A DNA stretch of 64,000 nt. Source: Thermoplasmata archaeon (GTDB lineage Archaea > Thermoplasmatota > Thermoplasmata > Thermoplasmatales > Thermoplasmataceae). The notes beneath the pieces are model-generated. The model saw nothing but the letters and a program-made list of their open reading frames with translations, had not been told where the DNA came from and did no database searches. Numbering within the stretch: the stretch's first letter is position 1; every line of letters starts with the position of its first letter. Of the stretch, positions 60,877 through 64,000 are shown piece after piece. The DNA is taken from positions 61,358 through 125,357 of the forward strand of contig JAKBQY010000057.1 of the NCBI GenBank assembly GCA_021835025.1. The letters run 5' to 3'. The translations under genes were made by a program, and so were the position numbers.

Positions 60877-63800
60877 GAGGATGTAACCTGCTTCTCCAAA
60901 TTCTTTTTTGGCAACTTCCCTGTAGGTTTTATCACCTTCAATTGCCTTGACACTGAAAAACTTACCGCTTTTTTTAACTGTAAAATACGTTTTTATTGAA
61001 TTGTCCACAAATAGATAAAAGGAACTTGATGACTTGTATCTTGCCTTAAGGAAATCACTGAAGAATAAAAACACCATATCCTTTGGTGAAATTATTCGAG
61101 AGAGTTTCAATTTTTTAATTCTATCTATATTTATCCTTGTGGAAATATATATTATCTTTCTCTCTGAGGGTAGTAAAACCTCCTTTATAACACCCCTGCC
61201 GATTAAATCCCTGACAATTTTTATATAAGTATCATTCACCGAAGTGCCTGTTAGCCTTGAATATATTTCATCGTCAAAAAAACCCATTTTTTCTATTATA
61301 TAATTTAAAAGTATTTCTGTAGCTTCCGTTTCAGAATAATTGTCACCTATAACAATATATTTTCTGTTTTTGTCTCTGGCGATTGCATTTATTTTATAAA
61401 GGCTCTTGATTGCATTTTTAATAACAAAACTATTCATTTTCATTGTTCTTATAAGCTCATTTTCTGTCATGTTTTCCGATATAAGGGATTTTAAAATATT
61501 CTCTTCATCCTGTGTTAACTCTCTTTTCCTGATGCTTTTATAAATGGAAATGACATTTTTGGTACCAAGGGCATTTAAGCCAAATGGTCCGTTGAAATTA
61601 TAAAGCAATATGGAACTATAATAGTTGCCCAATTCAACGCTTCTTATTCCAAAATAGGAAGATTCAATTTCATTTCTTATCCCAAAATATGTTTTATTCA
61701 GTATGTTGTAATTCATGGGGATATCATATACTGATGATAATTTAACCGTAATTTCAAGCAAATCTTCATCATTGAGATTCATTATATCAAAATTACCCCT
61801 ATAGGCAACATTTTCTGAAATTGTGTAACCTCTTTTTTCTGCAATTTTAATAACATTTCCATTATCTGTATTTATTATTAATGAGCTGAGTTTTAACTTA
61901 TCTGATACATTTTCTATTCCACTTATAAACTCATCTATTAAATTTTCATTTTCAAGATATATATTATCAACCCATAATCCAGGTGGCCTGTTTATCATTT
62001 GAAATGCGGCTTCCTCCCTTCCATCATGGATAAATCTGAAATTGAATTCATCATTTTTAATATATTTCCCCATATAAATATTCACAGGGTCATTGGTAGA
62101 TAATATCAATCCTCTTTTTTTCTGTGAGTGATGGTTTTCTCCATAATAAGCATCATTCTTGTAATAATATGGTTTAATGCCAGTATAATCTATTCTTGAG
62201 GGATTGAACCAGAAAAATCTTGAAAGTTCATAGGACGTAACAGGTCCATATTTATCTATCAGTTTTTTTCCATCTATTTTTTCTGCAGGTTTATAGATTT
62301 CATACATGCCACTATTATTTATTATCTTTATTTTGAAAACAAGTTCTCTTATTATTAGCCTTATTATTGAAGAATCCTGGCCGGTTATGCTTATAAGTTT
62401 TTCATCCGTGTCATATCCCTTTTCTATAAAATCAAGAACTTTTTCTTCATTTTCTGAATTTTTTTCATCCCTTAAATAATAAAGTGCATTGACCAACCAT
62501 GCAGATGCATATACATACTTGTTTTTTATTATCTTTAGATGGAAAACGGCCTTATTTTTAACCATTTTTTCCAGATCCGAAAGAACAAAAGTTTTTGTCC
62601 TCATGATAATATCGTAAATATCAAACGCAAAGCCGTATTTTTCAAAATACTCCTTAACATTGTTAACTTCAGAGGTGAAATTATCCACCCTGTTTTCCTG
62701 CAAATTTTCATCGGTTATATTGAGAATATTGTCAAGGTCTGCCTTCATTATATACTGTTTAACAAATATTGGGGTGATATAATCAAAAACAATCTTGTTT
62801 TCCATGACCATTCTATTGAGGGTATTTTCTACAAGACTGGAATCTATTGGAAGTTTTATCAGAAGCTCATCCAGCGATAATGGACCGTATGAAGATAGAA
62901 TTAATTCTATAGCTAGTTCTTCACAGTTTTTGCATGGTTCTGCGGATATATCATTTTTTATATACACAATGTTTCCATTTTTTATTTTTTTCCTGATTAA
63001 ATATGAGGATTCCAGGCGAAGCAATGTATTTCTTATTTCTTCATCTGAATGCCCACTTTTCTTCAATTCATTAAACGTTGTTTCATTAATAATATTATAT
63101 ATATCATTGTCAATATCGTTTTTCTCAATATTTTTTTTAAACAAATTCAAAGCGAGATTATAATATTTTATGTTAATCCATTGATCCGATCTGATAAAAG
63201 AATGGACAAGCATATCATTTTTTATCAGGTTTTCAGTTATTTCATCTATATCTATATCAGTATAATTCAACGGAGAATTATATTTTCTTTTGAATGGGTC
63301 TATATAAAAGAAATGGTCAATAAATTTTGTATAATCATCCATGTTTCTGACTGCAGGAATCTTATTTTTAAAATAGTTTTCACACATTTTTGAATCTTTA
63401 ATGATAAAATCTATGCCATTCGTTCCATATATTTTATCCAGAAGCTTATTTTGCAATTCCCTCAATAATTTTGATCTGTCCTCCATCAAAACTATATCGG
63501 AAACCCCGGATAATATTAAATTATAGGAAAATGGACTGCTTTCATTTGAATAATCCGATATCCTATATTTTTTATTTTCCACAACGTCCTCGAGATATTT
63601 TTTAGCATGTTCAACATCCATTAAATCATTTTTTATTTCGTTAAATGTTTCCTTTATTACAGGAAAATTATTGATTGACTCAAGAACTCTCAACAACTTA
63701 TCGCTTCTTAATTGTTGTCTTGAAACAGATATATCCGTCTGCTTATATTTTCTTAAAACCATCAATGATCGTGTCGCACAGTATCTAAATCTCTGTTTAA

Positions 63801-64000
63801 ACATTTCTGTGTTTAATATGGATCTATTCAGTAAATCGGAAAAATTCCTTGAATTTAAAAGGCCAATAATACTCTCTATCTTTATTTTTCTTGTAAGTGT
63901 AATCATAAATCCATTATCATTCACGCTTATTCTGGTATTGACATCATATTTATTCGAAATGGCAAGCCCGTATGCCCTTGATAATGCGTCGTTTACACGT
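60868..64000 (-). CDS. lhr: Large Lhr-family helicase, C-terminal part (5' partial, frame open to window end)
   Basis: RVNDALSRAY, FKQRFRYCATRSLMVLR, SPFSYNL, then a long winged-helix-like extension (LSSYGPLSLDEL). Confidence 0.88.
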   Translation of the reverse strand, partial: RVNDALSRAYGLAISNKYDVNTRISVNDNGFMITLTRKIKIESIIGLLNSRNFSDLLNRSILNTEMFKQRFRYCATRSLMVLRKYKQTDISVSRQQLRSDKLLRVLESINNFPVIKETFNEIKNDLMDVEHAKKYLEDVVENKKYRISDYSNESSPFSYNLILSGVSDIVLMEDRSKLLRELQNKLLDKIYGTNGIDFIIKDSKMCENYFKNKIPAVRNMDDYTKFIDHFFYIDPFKRKYNSPLNYTDIDIDEITENLIKNDMLVHSFIRSDQWINIKYYNLALNLFKKNIEKNDIDNDIYNIINETTFNELKKSGHSDEEIRNTLLRLESSYLIRKKIKNGNIVYIKNDISAEPCKNCEELAIELILSSYGPLSLDELLIKLPIDSSLVENTLNRMVMENKIVFDYITPIFVKQYIMKADLDNILNITDENLQENRVDNFTSEVNNVKEYFEKYGFAFDIYDIIMRTKTFVLSDLEKMVKNKAVFHLKIIKNKYVYASAWLVNALYYLRDEKNSENEEKVLDFIEKGYDTDEKLISITGQDSSIIRLIIRELVFKIKIINNSGMYEIYKPAEKIDGKKLIDKYGPVTSYELSRFFWFNPSRIDYTGIKPYYYKNDAYYGENHHSQKKRGLILSTNDPVNIYMGKYIKNDEFNFRFIHDGREEAAFQMINRPPGLWVDNIYLENENLIDEFISGIENVSDKLKLSSLIINTDNGNVIKIAEKRGYTISENVAYRGNFDIMNLNDEDLLEITVKLSSVYDIPMNYNILNKTYFGIRNEIESSYFGIRSVELGNYYSSILLYNFNGPFGLNALGTKNVISIYKSIRKRELTQDEENILKSLISENMTENELIRTMKMNSFVIKNAIKSLYKINAIARDKNRKYIVIGDNYSETEATEILLNYIIEKMGFFDDEIYSRLTGTSVNDTYIKIVRDLIGRGVIKEVLLPSERKIIYISTRINIDRIKKLKLSRIISPKDMVFLFFSDFLKARYKSSSSFYLFVDNSIKTYFTVKKSGKFFSVKAIEGDKTYREVAKKEFGEAGYILSL

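Overview
AT-rich archaeal chromosome segment. The protein content (Ta0583-type actin, tricorn-interacting aminopeptidase, thermopsin, aIF2-beta-TRAM fusion, S17e) indicates Thermoplasmatales (Ferroplasma/Acidiplasma/Picrophilus-like); the genus cannot be fixed from the sequence alone. The left third is a near-complete TCA-cycle gene cluster (icd, sucCD, korAB, mdh, gltA). It contains two tandem succinate dehydrogenase operons: a Sulfolobales-like CCG-anchored type E complex, and a complex closely resembling mycobacterial Sdh1 (type F, membrane Rieske anchor). The rest holds housekeeping genes (sufSU, ECF and ABC transporters, purB/L/S, serS, hisC, tRNA-Glu, a partial cobalamin cluster, RavA/ViaA-like pair, MscS, LutAB-like, Lhr) and several IS or pseudogene scars. 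Most notable: (1) the type F-like SDH operon; (2) a candidate secreted toxin/archaeocin plus membrane immunity pair at 40.2-41.7 kb; (3) two internally deleted IS200/IS605 (tnpB) elements sharing ends and a TTTAT target motif, one inserted at the lhr stop codon without changing the protein. All homology calls come from motif recognition by eye; no database searches were run.
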